From Gekko japonicus (lineage: Eukaryota): a stretch of 64,000 nucleotides of DNA. The translations under genes and the position numbers were made by a program. Shown one piece after another: positions 11,837 through 23,426 of this stretch. Location of the stretch: contig NW_015165238.1 of the NCBI RefSeq assembly GCF_001447785.1, positions 4,539-68,538 of the forward strand. Direction: 5' to 3'. Position 1 is the stretch's first letter. Each line of letters opens with the position of its first letter. The notes below the pieces were generated by a model. That model was not told the DNA's origin. It saw nothing but the letters and a program-made list of their open reading frames with translations, and searched no databases.

Positions 11837-12330
11837 TGAACATGCTATTGGGAGCACTATGGCACTGTATCAGGACTACAAAGCAGTGCCATAGCGACCC
11901 CATTGAGATGCCTGGACTCCATTTAAATACATTGACATTCACTACTGCTGTCCCCTGGAAACAAGGAGCTCGCTGGGTACAGAATTCAAGTGCGGAGGGG
12001 GGGGGGACCAGACAGTTTTGAAGCCCAGGGAGCAGGCTATTCTGGTGCTTTTTAATTCATCAAAACCCAATCTAGTAAAGCCCCTCCTCCTCCTCCTCCT
12101 TTTTCATGCTGTGCTGGTACATTTGTGCTTGTTGCTATTTTCAGTTATTTGATCTTTAAACAGACATGATAAATACAATGTCTGCCCCAAAATTACCTTT
12201 TAAAATCCATGCTGAGATGCAGTAATGAACATCAGTGTATTTAAATGGAGTCCAGGGATCTCAATGGGGTCGCTGTGGTGCTGATTTGCAGTCCTGCTGC
12301 AGCACCATAGTGCTCCCAATAGAATGTTCA
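11837..12330. repeat. ~110-bp inverted repeat, probably internal to a foldback/MITE element
   Basis: 11837-11948 is the reverse complement of 12219-12330; the ORF track shows near-identical peptides on opposite strands. Confidence 0.8.
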
Positions 12331-13094
12331 AAAAAAAAGAAAAAAGGATGATCACGTGCAGGGAGAGAAAGGGCGAGAAAAGAACTGTCATTGCAGGAAG
12401 CGCTACATGGGACATTTTACTCAGCATCCATAGTGCTTCAGGAGCAGTAGAAGGAATTGAAGACCGATTGGAAGCAGTTTGTAGTTAAAATGGCTTAGTC
12501 ATGCTTCCCAAATGGGACAGAAGCATTTCTGTCTGAAAGGGTAAATATATTCTGCCAGGGAACTATCACTAAAACGGTTCTGTCTGAAATGACAGACGGA
12601 AACCATTAGTGAACAGTTCCTGAAACGGAATATATCAGCTGTCCGGAATTCCCCTATGTGTGTGTGTGAGTGCAGGCGCTAAGATGCCTTATCTTTTGCA
12701 CTAGTACTTCATGTTTTTCATGCAACTCAAGGTAGATTACATAGGATTGTCAAGTAATTTCCTATTCTACACTTGATTCTTATCTTTAGCAAGGCTGATG
12801 TATTATGTGCCAAACACGAATACTGCTCAAACACAATTTTGCAAACTCAGTTCCTTTTAAATGTGTAGATTAAATGATTGGAGGATTTGTGGATCTTATG
12901 AAGATCATTACTCATTCTCGAAGCCTGTGATTAGAAAGTACCATTTCCAAATGTGCTAAACATATTTCCTATGGCATCTATATTTCTGATTCTGGGTACT
13001 TTTTATGTATTCAAGAAGACGAGTGGCTACCTGAAGTTCCTTGATTCAGGTGAATGTTAACCACTCCAATGTAAATTGGACATGGATGGGTGGG

Positions 13095-13285
13095 GGTTGC
13101 CATCAAGTCACAGTCGATTTATAGTGACCTTGCAAGATTTTCAAGGCAAAAGATGTTCAGAGGTGGTCTCCCATTGCCTGCCTTCACATCACTACCCTGG
13201 TCTTCCCGAGTTAGTGTCCCATACAAATACTGAACAAGACTGATCTTCCTAAGCTTTTGAGATCTGATGAGATCATGCTAGCTGA
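13095..13285 (-). mobile_element. 5S rRNA-derived SINE
   Basis: Minus strand gatctcatcagatctcaaaagct...gtatttgtatggga resembles 5S boxes A/C, followed by an RTE-type tail. Confidence 0.65.
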
Positions 13286-13438
13286 GATAATCTAGTACAG
13301 GCTTCATGGAAATTAATCCTGCAAAAACATTTCTCATTCAAATTACAGCAGAGTGATAACAGGCTCTGAAATCTGAATACTCCTATCAGACTGGAAAGGT
13401 TACAAGCCTGCAGGTAGGGCTTGGAGATCACTCTGAAT

Positions 13439-13634
13439 CAGGGTTCCCTCAAAGCTGAGTTAGTGTGAGCTAGCTCACAGTTTTTTAGTCTCTGGCTCAC
13501 ATGTTTTTGTCTTCGCTCAGGAAGGAGCAAACTAATTTATGCAGCAGCCACATTGGTCGCTCACAACTTTAATGACAGTAGCTCACAAAGGAGAATTTTT
13601 GCTCACAAGACTCCACAGTTTAGAGGGAGCATTG
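13439..13634 (+). mobile_element. hAT MITE (CAGTGTTCCCTCTAAGCTG family)
   Basis: TIRs plus perfect 8-bp TSD CTCTGAAT. Confidence 0.88.
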
Positions 13635-13867
13635 CTCTGAATTACAAGTGATCTCTAGATGACAGACATCAGTTCCACTGGAGAAAGTGGCTGCTTTGGA
13701 GGATAGATTCTATGTCATTATACCTTGCTTAGGTCCTTCCACTCCCCAAACCCACCTTCCCCAGATTCCACCACAAATCTCCAGAAATTTCCCAAGCCAC
13801 AAATTGCAAGCCTATTTGATGCACTCCTTTGCTTTGCAACCTGTTTCTGCTTTCTTGACATCCTAAC

Positions 13868-14662
13868 TAGGGATGGACATGAACTGGGGGGAAATGGAGG
13901 TTCATGGATGTTTGTGATTCAAGGTTTTCACGAACCCTGAACCATGAACTTCCATGAACTTCCATGAACTTCTCCATTCTACAAACTTGTTTGTGGTTCA
14001 GGAAGTTCATGGGGCTGAAGCCCCATTTGAAGTGAGCTCTGAGGGCATTAAAATGCTGTCAGAGGCCACCACCTGGGACCCGAGTGAGTTCTGAACACAT
14101 TTCAATGCCTTTGGACCTTACTTCTGGGTCAGGCTGCCTGACTGGAAGTGAACCCTGAAGGCATTTAAACAGTTTTTAGCCCACCTCTGGGTCCTACCCA
14201 CACAAGAGTAAGCTCTGAAGGCCTTTATACACCTTTGGAGCTCAGTTGAGTCAGGCTGCCCAACATATAAGGCCTATAAAAGCTGTCAGAGCTCACTCTG
14301 GGATCTCAAGTTAAGGCCTATAAAGGCCTTTGAAGCTCACTCAGGGCCTGCCAGACCCAGAAGTGGGCTCAAAAGGCATTTAAATGCCTTTGGAGCTCAC
14401 TTATGGTCAAGCGACCCAACCTGGAAGTAGGCTCCAAAGGCATTTAAATGTCTTCAGAGCTCACTCGTGTCCCGGGTGGTGGGCTCCAATTGCATTTAAA
14501 TGCCTTTGGAGCTCACTTCAGGTTGGACCACCAACTGGGAAGTAAGCTCTGAGGGTATTTAAATGCCATCCAAACTGTACAATGAACCGCATGAACCTCC
14601 ATAGACTGGCCTGGCTTGTGCTCAAACTGTGGTTTGTTTAAGGGTTCATGCCCATATCCCTA
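13868..14662. mobile_element. hAT-type non-autonomous element with an internal array of palindromic ~60-bp units
   Basis: TIRs TAGGGATGGACATGAAC / GTTCATGCCCATATCCCTA. Degenerate 8-bp TSD atcctaac/attccaac. About 10 units at 14028-14570. Confidence 0.78.
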
Positions 14663-16026
14663 ATTCCAACCCAAAAGTTTACCTTCATTTTTAAGGTTTC
14701 TACCTCAGTCCCATTGGAACTTCAGAAACAAAGGTCCATGACAAGTGGCACCTGGCTATTCAGTTCTCTTCTTATTTGCACCTCATTCTCTGCTACATGA
14801 TTGAGCAAGTCACATAAATATAGCCCTTCTAGATTAAACCAGTGCTCCCAGTAGTCCAGCATCCTTTTTTGCACAGTGACCAACAAACAGAAAATGGAGA
14901 CTTTGGTCTCCCTGATGTTGTCTCCAAACTTTACAGGATAGAAGAAAGTCAGTGCTGAGATCAGAGATAGCCTAATCTATGCCAATTTATTTCACATTTG
15001 AAAATGTGGCCACTTTCCACAAAAGCTTTTTGTATGGTGTGGTGATCAGAGTTTTAGGCTTGGAGGACTAGGGAGTTATGTCTTCAAATCCCTAATCAGC
15101 CATGAAGTTCAATAGGTGACAATTGTCCAATGTCTTCCAGTGTAACCTACCTCACACATTTGTTGTGAGGACAGCATGGATGAAAGACTAAATGTGGATG
15201 CTCTTCAGAGCTCCTAGGAGGAAGATTGGGATACTTTGTAATGGATAGATTTATGAATCAACCATGACCAAGATACTAAGCAGTAGTAGACACACTCTAA
15301 TGCCTTTGTCTTCCAGTAAGATATGGGGGGTGGAACACATATAGTTCCTCCTAGCATGGAATGCATAGCTCTAATTGACATTTTCCAGAAGCCACAAGTC
15401 CCCCAAGATGTGTAAAGTCACTGTTTTTCATGTCACCAGGCCACCTTTGAAAAGAGACCACTTTTTATTATTTCATCTGAGCCCTCCATACTGACGGTAT
15501 TGCAAGCTCACAAAATGGTATTAACACATGAGCATGGCACTTAGATGCTTCCTGAGCCATCTGTCCTTCAGAATGCAGCCATGCATGTGTCACGGATGCA
15601 GAAGACTTGTCATTACAAGAGATGTATGTGGTGAAGCTAGTCTGAAACAGAGAAGATATATTAAAGGACTGTCATGCCTTGTTGGCCAGTTTGGGAACAG
15701 TATGTTCTTTATTTAGTAGACAAATGGTTTAGGCTGAAGCTGGTCAGCGCAGAGTCATATGGCCAAGTGAAGCCTCAATAGATAGCTGTTGAGTAAATGC
15801 ACTAGAACACTTCTTTCTGACCATCTGCATTATAGAGTGCCAAATGTGGGAGACAACACATCTCTTTGGATGACCCTTCACAGGACTTCAGAGAGTTAAA
15901 TGAAATGTTTCAGTCCTATTCAGAGATACGCTACTTGAAGCAAATTGATTTTAATTTGTTTAGACTGGAGTAATTCTGTATAGGACTGTACTGTGGATCT
16001 GGTGACTAAGCAAAACCTCATTAGAT

Positions 16027-17946
16027 TTTTGTGGGTTTTTTGGTCCCCCGAAGGGGAATTTTTTTTATTTTGAATTTTCTACACACTACACACTACAAAT
16101 ATGGGATGTGGGAAAGAATACTAATGCCCTATCACTATTACTATGGGAAATGGGTCAGGGAGATCAAATACATAAAGTCTACTGGATAGGGGAAGGAAAA
16201 TTACCACTCTATTCTAAAACTCCTACTGGATATGGGGATAAGGTAAAGACTAATACAAATCACGATCTGAAAAGCTAAAAGAATATATCTTTTTAACCTG
16301 CTAATACAGGTTATACAGAGATTAGTTCAATTATACAAATATAAAATTATTAACTTGGCACAATTACTGCCCTTAGCAATCATGCTTTAGTTTTAGAGTC
16401 TTTTCTTCTTAGATTTCTTCGTTTTCTGCAATTTGGGAGTGGCCACTCCTTTCTCTGATTCAGATGATTCTGATGACGAGGAAATTTGGCTTGTTGAGTT
16501 CTGTGAGTGGGACTCCTCTTCTTCTTCTTCCTCCACATCCGGTTTTAGATTATTTTCCTTCTGCTTCTTTTTTTACATTGAGCATTTGATCCATAAATCT
16601 TTCCACTTTTGGAATAGAGTCAATTTTATATTTTTTATCCTGGTAATTAAAACTCAGCCCTTCCGGGTATAGCCATCTATATGGTGTTCCCCTTTTTTGC
16701 AGGGAGAGAGTAAGCATCCTGTATAATTTCCTCCGTTTTCTTACTTCAAATGGAATGTCTTTCAAAATTTTTATCTCTTCACTCTTGATTTTTAAGGATT
16801 TCCCCATTGTTTAGCACCAGTTCTCTGGTTGATCGTTTTGTGAATTTTAAGTAAGTTTCCCCTGGAAGTTTATTTTTCTTTATAAAATCCGGATTTCTGT
16901 GTGCCACATCCATTTCCTTAATTAAGTCTTCTTGTTTATAATCCATTAGTGGGGCCAAGGCAACCACCAAGAGTTCCTTTAAGTCCTCATTCTTATCTTC
17001 AGGTATCCCGTGGAAATGTAGAACATACATGGATCTTTCCAGATGGAGCTGTATTAGTTGCGTTTTATCCGATGAGCTCTCTTTCTCTGCCTCATCCACT
17101 CTTTTATTAATACTCTCAGTCTGTTTTTCCATCTTTTTCAACGTTTTCTCGGTTGCTGAGGTTCTCTTATCCATCTGCTTTAGTTGATTTTGCACATTAT
17201 CTAGCTTGGTGTTGAGAGTAGTCATCTGATCCATTAGAGGGTGCAGTGGATTTGCTCACAATGAAGAGAAGTCTGTAGATCCTTCCTGGTTCTGGGAGGG
17301 AGTCGTTGGTATGTTATTTCTGGTCACCAGTTTTTTCTCCGGCGCTCTCCGTCCTCTCCCAGCCATAATATCAACAAGAAGTAAGTTTTCCAAAACAAAG
17401 CAAAAGTTATGCATTTTAATTCCTCTTTGTATATTTTAGCAGCTTTTGTGTTTGTTTAACTTCTTATATGCTTGATTTGGCTCAAAGTTTTTTTATTTTC
17501 GATTTACAACCACTTTTACAGTTTACTAATATGGGGGGGCTTGAAATCTCCTCCCCCCGTGCTTCAGTGCCTCCAATTACTACCAAGGCTCCATTCACTT
17601 ATTATTCACCTGAGCTTTGCTTAACTCACAGTTTGTAGCCTTGGAGGTCTTTTAGAAGTCTTTTTAGAAGTTTGATCGTGCTCACTTGCTCTGACAGTCG
17701 TCTCTGGGTGCCATGCTGGCTCCACGGCGACGGTACCTATCGGGGAAAAAGGTGAGCCTCAATTCCTTGGGTGTCCCCTTGGAAGAGGCTCTCTTCAGCT
17801 CCCCAGGCTGGGGGTCTCCTACAGAGAACCTGGGGGGGGGGTCTGGGACAAACTTGAACCCCTCCCATCAGTCGGGTCTCAGCGCGTCTCCATCTAAGCG
17901 AGACGAGACACATCCGAGCAGCAAAACGCTTAAACCGAAAGTCCTG
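16027..17946 (-). mobile_element. L1-derived element encoding ORF1 only (HAL1-like or prematurely polyadenylated L1)
   Basis: 5'UTR, decayed ORF1 from ATG 17366 (coiled coil, FHGIPE RRM start, YRWLYPEGL C-terminal domain), AATAAA and A-rich tail near 16070-16027. TSD ATTAGAT (16020-16026 / 17947-17953). Empty site near 30737. Confidence 0.85.
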
Positions 17947-18349
17947 ATTAGATAACTGTTGAGTAAAGCACCAGTCATCTTTGTTATATGGCACAAAACA
18001 TGGAGGACACCAATTTTTTTTTTAGTGAGCCATAACAACGGCCCAAGAGTGAAAAGACCAACTGTATGATCCTATTCAGAATTACGTCAGCCTAAGCCAA
18101 CTGACTGTAATTTTTTTACACTGGACTAACACTTTATGGAATTATACTGTCAATCGGATGGCTGGGATTCCCAGTTTGAAACCCCTTGTTCTGGGTTGCT
18201 TATCATTTTTATTTGTGTGTGTGTTTTATGCCACTTTGTGACATTTGTCCGTCTTTCTATCTGTTCTACCCTTTGCACATTTTCTATATGTGTACACACA
18301 TACTGATGGCAATAGGGAAATAACTCTCATTTGTTTCAATATATATATT

Positions 18350-18485
18350 GAAAGTACTATACACACACGCACACACACAAATGAGAGTTATTGCCCGATT
18401 GCTCTTTCTCTATATATATACGTGTGTGTGTGTGTATACACACACACATATATCACTCTGTGTGTGTGCATATCACTGTATATAT
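18350..18485. repeat. Compound (CA)/(TA)/(TG) microsatellite; paralog at 31000-31230
   Basis: Direct inspection. Confidence 0.8.
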
Positions 18486-18519
18486 TTGACTCATTTTGGC
18501 AGGATGATTTTCAATGTGT

Positions 18520-18951
18520 GCAGCGGTAGTAGAAATTTGCTCCAGCAGATGTAAGACAAAAGAAGGAGGGAGAAAATAAACTGAGGCCAAGAAAAGTTTA
18601 TTTATTTATTTATTTATTTTATTTTATTTCATTTATACCCCGCCCTCCCCGCATGCGGGGAGTTCATTTAAAAGTTCATTTAAAAAGTTTCTTGTCCTTG
18701 TGTAATTGGCACATCTCCAAAAGCAAGGGTGTGATTCACAGCCATATATATCAATCTCTCATGTTCTTATACACAACCATCCAGTTTCAACAATGCTCTT
18801 CATCCACTGCAAGGGTGTCATTCTTCATCTGTGGCACACCTCGCTTCCCCTTTCTGTCTTTGTTTTTCTGTCCATACTTTGTCACCTTTCTGTTTCTGGG
18901 TCACTCTTTTGGAAGTGAGCAACCTTCTGTGGTTTCATCACCTAGGTAAGT
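18520..18951 (+). promoter_or_regulatory. Putative OR proximal promoter / non-coding 5' exon ending in a splice donor (copy A)
   Basis: Block repeated three times upstream of ORs. Ends TAG|GTAAGT at 18945/18946. Confidence 0.5.
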
Positions 18952-19923
18952 AAATTGCAAGCTCACTGTCACCAAAGATTTGCAATGTAGGTGATCGTGT
19001 GAGATTTACTTAGTCCCCTTTCTCATAGTGTCCACCCTACTGCATCACTGGTTCTATGATTATTTTTCTTCTTCCTCCAACCCTTTCCCCATACACTATT
19101 GTTTGGTACTATTAGTTTGGTCCTTGATAAGAACCTCTGTTTTGAAGTAATGCTTATTTAATTCCTAGCAATCCTATTCCTTTTGTGTATATTAAAAAGG
19201 GGGGAGGGAGATGGATTGGATAAATACATTATTTAGAACACACACCCCTTTCCCCTTTAATCCTAGAAATCTCAGTTGCATGCCTCCTGGAAGGTATTCA
19301 ATCCTTTGATGGAATTTGGTGCATTGCATGCAGGGGTCCCATTTTCTTTTTGGTCCGTTTATAATATATTCAATCCTCATAAGGAATTTGGGGTGTATGG
19401 GACAGAGGTCTAATTTTATTTTGCTCAATTTAGAAAGTCAGAATAATCTGCATACCTGGGGAAGAAAAAGTGAACTATCTGAATACACTGCTTTTGAGGT
19501 TGGCAATAAATTAAGTACTTCTATAGCTAGATATAGCAAATGTAAAAAAAAAACCTTAATGGCTAGGTTATTCCCATCTTAGTATTTCTGTTATATCCCT
19601 CCATATATGTACAGATATTAAATGTTAATATTGCATCAACTATTTTTGTTATAATACCCTATTTCTGGAATAATATGTTAAATATTTAGGTAGACTTTTT
19701 AAATTCACCCCTACAAAAGAAAGTAAGCATTCTGCAGTGACTGTATGTCTGATACTCTGTAGAAATCTTATTTTTAAAGGATTTTATCTTTATTTAAAAT
19801 AAGGGTATTTTAAAAATTTAGGGCAAATTGTGTGCTCCAGCAACACTCTCAATCAACTGTCATATCTCTTCTACTTTATGTGTTTCTTCGTTTTGCTCAA
19901 TAAATATACACCTATTAATGGTT

Positions 19924-20161
19924 CCAGCTCCTGCCAACCTAGCAGTTCAAAAGCAAGAAATTGCAAGTAGATAAATAGGTACCACTTCGGTGGGAAGGTA
20001 ACAGTGTTCCATGCGCATTGGTGTTTAGTCATGCCGGCCACATGACCACGGAAACGTCTTTGGACAGCGCTGGCTCTTTGGCTTTGAAACAGAGATGAGC
20101 ACCGCAACCCTAGAGTCGGATTCTACTGGCTTTCGAGCAAGGGAACCTTTACCTTTACCTT
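19924..20161 (+). mobile_element. Sauria SINE, 5'-truncated
   Basis: ctcctgccaacctagcagttc...gtcatgccggccacatgacc core, (ACCTTT)n tail, TSD TATTAATGGTT. Empty site near 32670. Confidence 0.9.
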
Positions 20162-20607
20162 TATTAATGGTTTAAAATTTTCTTTCTATACCAACCTAAT
20201 TTGATTTAATCATGCTTCCAGTATTTCATTCCACTCAAGTGTGTTATATGGATCTTTGTCGCTCTCCCACTTTTTAAAATTGATCTGGTTTCCCATTAAC
20301 TGCCGCAGATAGAGTTAACTGCCTTTCTCTGCTTTTGTCAGGAATGATGTTTCATTTTCCCTTCAGTCTGTTTTGAAAACAACTTCCTGTCTTCAGTTTT
20401 ATATTTTTTCACATATATGTTATAATGTTATTAATGCCTTGTGTCTTATTCAGTGAATTTGACAGGAGGCCCCCACCTGCAGCTGCTTTTGTTCACTGTT
20501 TCTGCCTGAGAAGTGGTGGGTACTGAAATCACTTTGCTTGAACTTTACTGAAAGATTTTTGTTGCCTGGCTTTAATCAACTTGTTTTCTACAGTGGTTTC
20601 TTATACC

Positions 20608-20813
20608 CAATACTCCCTCTAAGCTGTGGAGTCTTGTGAGCAAAAATTCTACTTTGTGAACTACTGGCATTAAAGTTGTGAATGAGTGATTTGGCTGCTG
20701 CATACATTAGTTTGTTCTGGAGCCATCCTTCCTGAGCTAAGACAAAAATGTGTGAGCCGGAGGCTAAAAAACTGTGAGCTGGCTCACACTAACTCAGCTT
20801 CAAGGAAACTCTG
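20608..20813 (-). mobile_element. hAT MITE (same family as 13439)
   Basis: TIRs; TSD cttatacc/ctcatacc; empty site near 33175. Confidence 0.87.
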
Positions 20814-21699
20814 CTCATACCATATTGTAGTGGTGTTCCCCCCCCCCAATTTGTTAAATAATCATATATTTTCAAGTATCTTGTTAATCAGTTTCACAGA
20901 CATTAGTGAGCTCTTTCCGCTCACCCACCCCCAGTTTATTTGCACTTTCAGGTCAGTCTTGATTGATCTAATAAAAGTGCCACCTAACCGAATTTGAAGT
21001 GAATGCTGGGTTGTTTTGTTTGCTTTTCAGTCAGTAGGGTGGCATTATATGTTGTTACCTTTTGAGGACAGTATGTGAATATGCTTCTTTTTTACCATTA
21101 TAATTGTTTTCATTCTTGGAGTTCATGCCAAGTACTTTCTAACCCGTTAGGTGTTCCTTTTCTTCAACACTAGCATGGTTTTAATAAGCACATCACTAAA
21201 TATATATATATATATTTCTGCATTCACATTCATCTTTCTATCGTTTTTAGAATCCCATTTTTCTCCTCTATTTTATTTTTTCAGAAAACCGGGGGGGGGG
21301 GGTTAGGCTGAGAGATAGTGACTGGCTGAAGTGAGATTCCCACTAGCCATGACATCAAATTCAGTTGGTATTATTCATTCTCCTTTAGTTCTTGTAATTT
21401 CTTTTCTAACTTTAAACAACTGCTTCATGGACAGCTTTCCTGTGGTTTCCAATTGTCATTGCCTTGTGTTATTCATTTTATTGTTTTCTCTCAGTGTATA
21501 ATATTTCCCTCTGTAATCCTTTTTACTGGTTCGCTCTTGCTTCTTTTCCCCCTTTCTTATTCTTCCATCTGTACTAGTAGCTATTTTATATCATGTTGTG
21601 GTTATATGTTCCTCTTGGTCTCAGTTATTGGACTTTGGATCAGTCTGTAACTCTACCGAGAACTTCTTGACAAATCTGGGCATTGACTAAGGCCACAAA

Positions 21700-21879
21700 C
21701 AGTGTTCCCTCTAAGCTGAGTTAGTGTGAGGTAACACCTTTTTGTCTTAGCTCAGGAAGGATGGCTCCAGAGCAAACTAATTTATGCAGTAGTCAAATCC
21801 CTCACTCACAACTTTGATGCCAGTAGCTCACAAAATCAAATTTTTGTTCACAAGACTTCACAGCTTAGAGAGAACATTG
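21700..21879 (+). mobile_element. hAT MITE (same family as 13439)
   Basis: TIRs; TSD gccacaaa/gccacaag; empty site near 34060. Confidence 0.87.
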
Positions 21880-22574
21880 GCCACAAGGTGGTCAAAGAGT
21901 CTTCCACCCTGGCATATTCACTTTCCATAGAACAACCAAGAAGCAGTCAGGGGCAATATGAGAGAATTATATGTCTGTACCCTTCACACTAAAGAAACTA
22001 AGAGGGCCTGCTGATTGTACTATTTCCAAAATTATAGCAGCTCATGCTATCTCATGAGCATGGGAAAAGAGGCCAAAGTACCAAGAATTTTGAATCATAA
22101 TATCCTCCTCCCCCATGCAGTGCCGGGTCAGAAATATAGCTTCAGAGTAGCATATAGAACTTGGATGGAAGACCACCAAGGGTTACTACACAGAGGCAGG
22201 CAATGGCAAACCTCCTGTGTTCATCTCTTTCTCAGGAAACCCTATGAGGTCTCCATAAGATGGCCATGATTTGATAGCACTTTCCTCCACAATAGCGCTG
22301 ATTGCAAACATGCCACTTATGGAATTAGATTAAATCGGATTTCCCTCGGAAGGTAGCCGTTCCCTTTGACCTTCAAAAAAAAAGCAATGCTGTGAATCAT
22401 GGGTCCTGCAAAAGCCATGAAAGGTGGGATCTGAAGTCAGAAGGGGAACTGGGCAAGACAGGGTGAAAAGGGTAGGTGGATCCCACCCATGATGTCCAGT
22501 GGTCACTTCTGGTTTAATTTCAAAAATTAAAACCAGATGTGGAGCATACACAGTTCTCTAGCGCATCTTTAATT

Positions 22575-22902
22575 TTTTTGGCATCTTTCCCATCTTCTGT
22601 TATTGATGTACACTTGAGTGTTGTGAAATAACTGCACAGTCAGGAGAGGCAGAAGGTAGGAGATACTTGAAAATATATGTGCAGCATGGCCCTATACAAG
22701 TTTACACAAAACTAAGTCCAATATGTTGTCAAAGGCTTTTTTGGCATCTTTTCCATCTTCTGTTATTGATGTACACTTGTGTGTGGTGAAATAACTGCAC
22801 AGTCAGGAGAGGCAGAAGGTAGGAGATACTTGAAAATATATGTGCAGCATGGCCCTATACATGTTTGCACAAAACTAAGTCCAATATGTTGTCGAAGGCT
22901 TT
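22575..22902 (+). repeat. Tandem duplication, ~163-bp unit x2
   Basis: ggcatcttt..catcttctgttattgatg at 22580 and 22743. Confidence 0.9.
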
Positions 22903-22970
22903 CATGGCCGGAGTTCATTAGCTTTTGTAGATTTTTCGGGTTGTCTGGCCATGGTCTTGACATCGTAAGA

Positions 22971-23011
22971 CCTGATATTTCGCCAGTAGCTGTGACTGGC
23001 ATCCTCAGAGG
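22971..23011 (-). ncRNA. Minimal type I hammerhead ribozyme motif in the Penelope pLTR
   Basis: Minus strand: CCT-CTGAGGA-T-GCCAGT-cacagct-ACTGGC-GAAA-TA-TC-AGG. Confidence 0.75.
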
Positions 23012-23426
23012 CAGGGCTCTTTTTGTAGAAAAAGCCCAGCAGGAACTCATTAGCATAATAGGCCACACCCAGAAGCAGAAACTCATTAGCACAGGGGTGG
23101 CGAACAAGTTCGACAAAAAGAGCCAAAATTTTAAACTGTGAGAGTCAGAGAGCCACACCACGCAGTGACCTGCCAAAACAGACAAACACTCACACAAAAG
23201 CATATACTTTTAACAATAATATATCAAACACATAATAACATGCTCAGTCAGGTGTTTTTTGTTACCTTGTTGGAGTGATGGGATGATAATCTCAGAGGTC
23301 CCTCCTCAGAAGCAGCATAAAAAAACCCAAACTTGGCAAAGAGGCTGTCCCGCTCCGAGGGTCGCGGGCGACGAGCNNNNNNNNNNNNNNNNNGTTCCTG
23401 TGCGTTCCTGCCCAAAAATAGCCCTG
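23012..23426 (+). mobile_element. hAT MITE (CAGGGCT... family) inserted into Penelope; contains a small gap
   Basis: CAGGGCT / AGCCCTG termini, perfect TSD CTCAGAGG (23004-23011 / 23427-23434). Confidence 0.85.

Larger units (their letters stand above)
15275..22155 (+). repeat. Segmental duplication: promoter/exon/intron part of the OR unit without its coding exon
   Basis: Collinear with 30095-34330 and partly with 44060-46042 once TE insertions are removed. Confidence 0.88.

Noticed and set aside
14028-14570. CRISPR array
   Set aside because: Vertebrate DNA with no cas genes; repeats are degenerate, linkers resemble each other, and the array is enclosed by TIRs and a TSD.
18653-18949. Conserved small ORFs (MAHLQKQGCDSQ...) in three copies
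   Set aside because: Non-ATG starts, and frames are broken by indels between copies; better explained as non-coding duplicated sequence.
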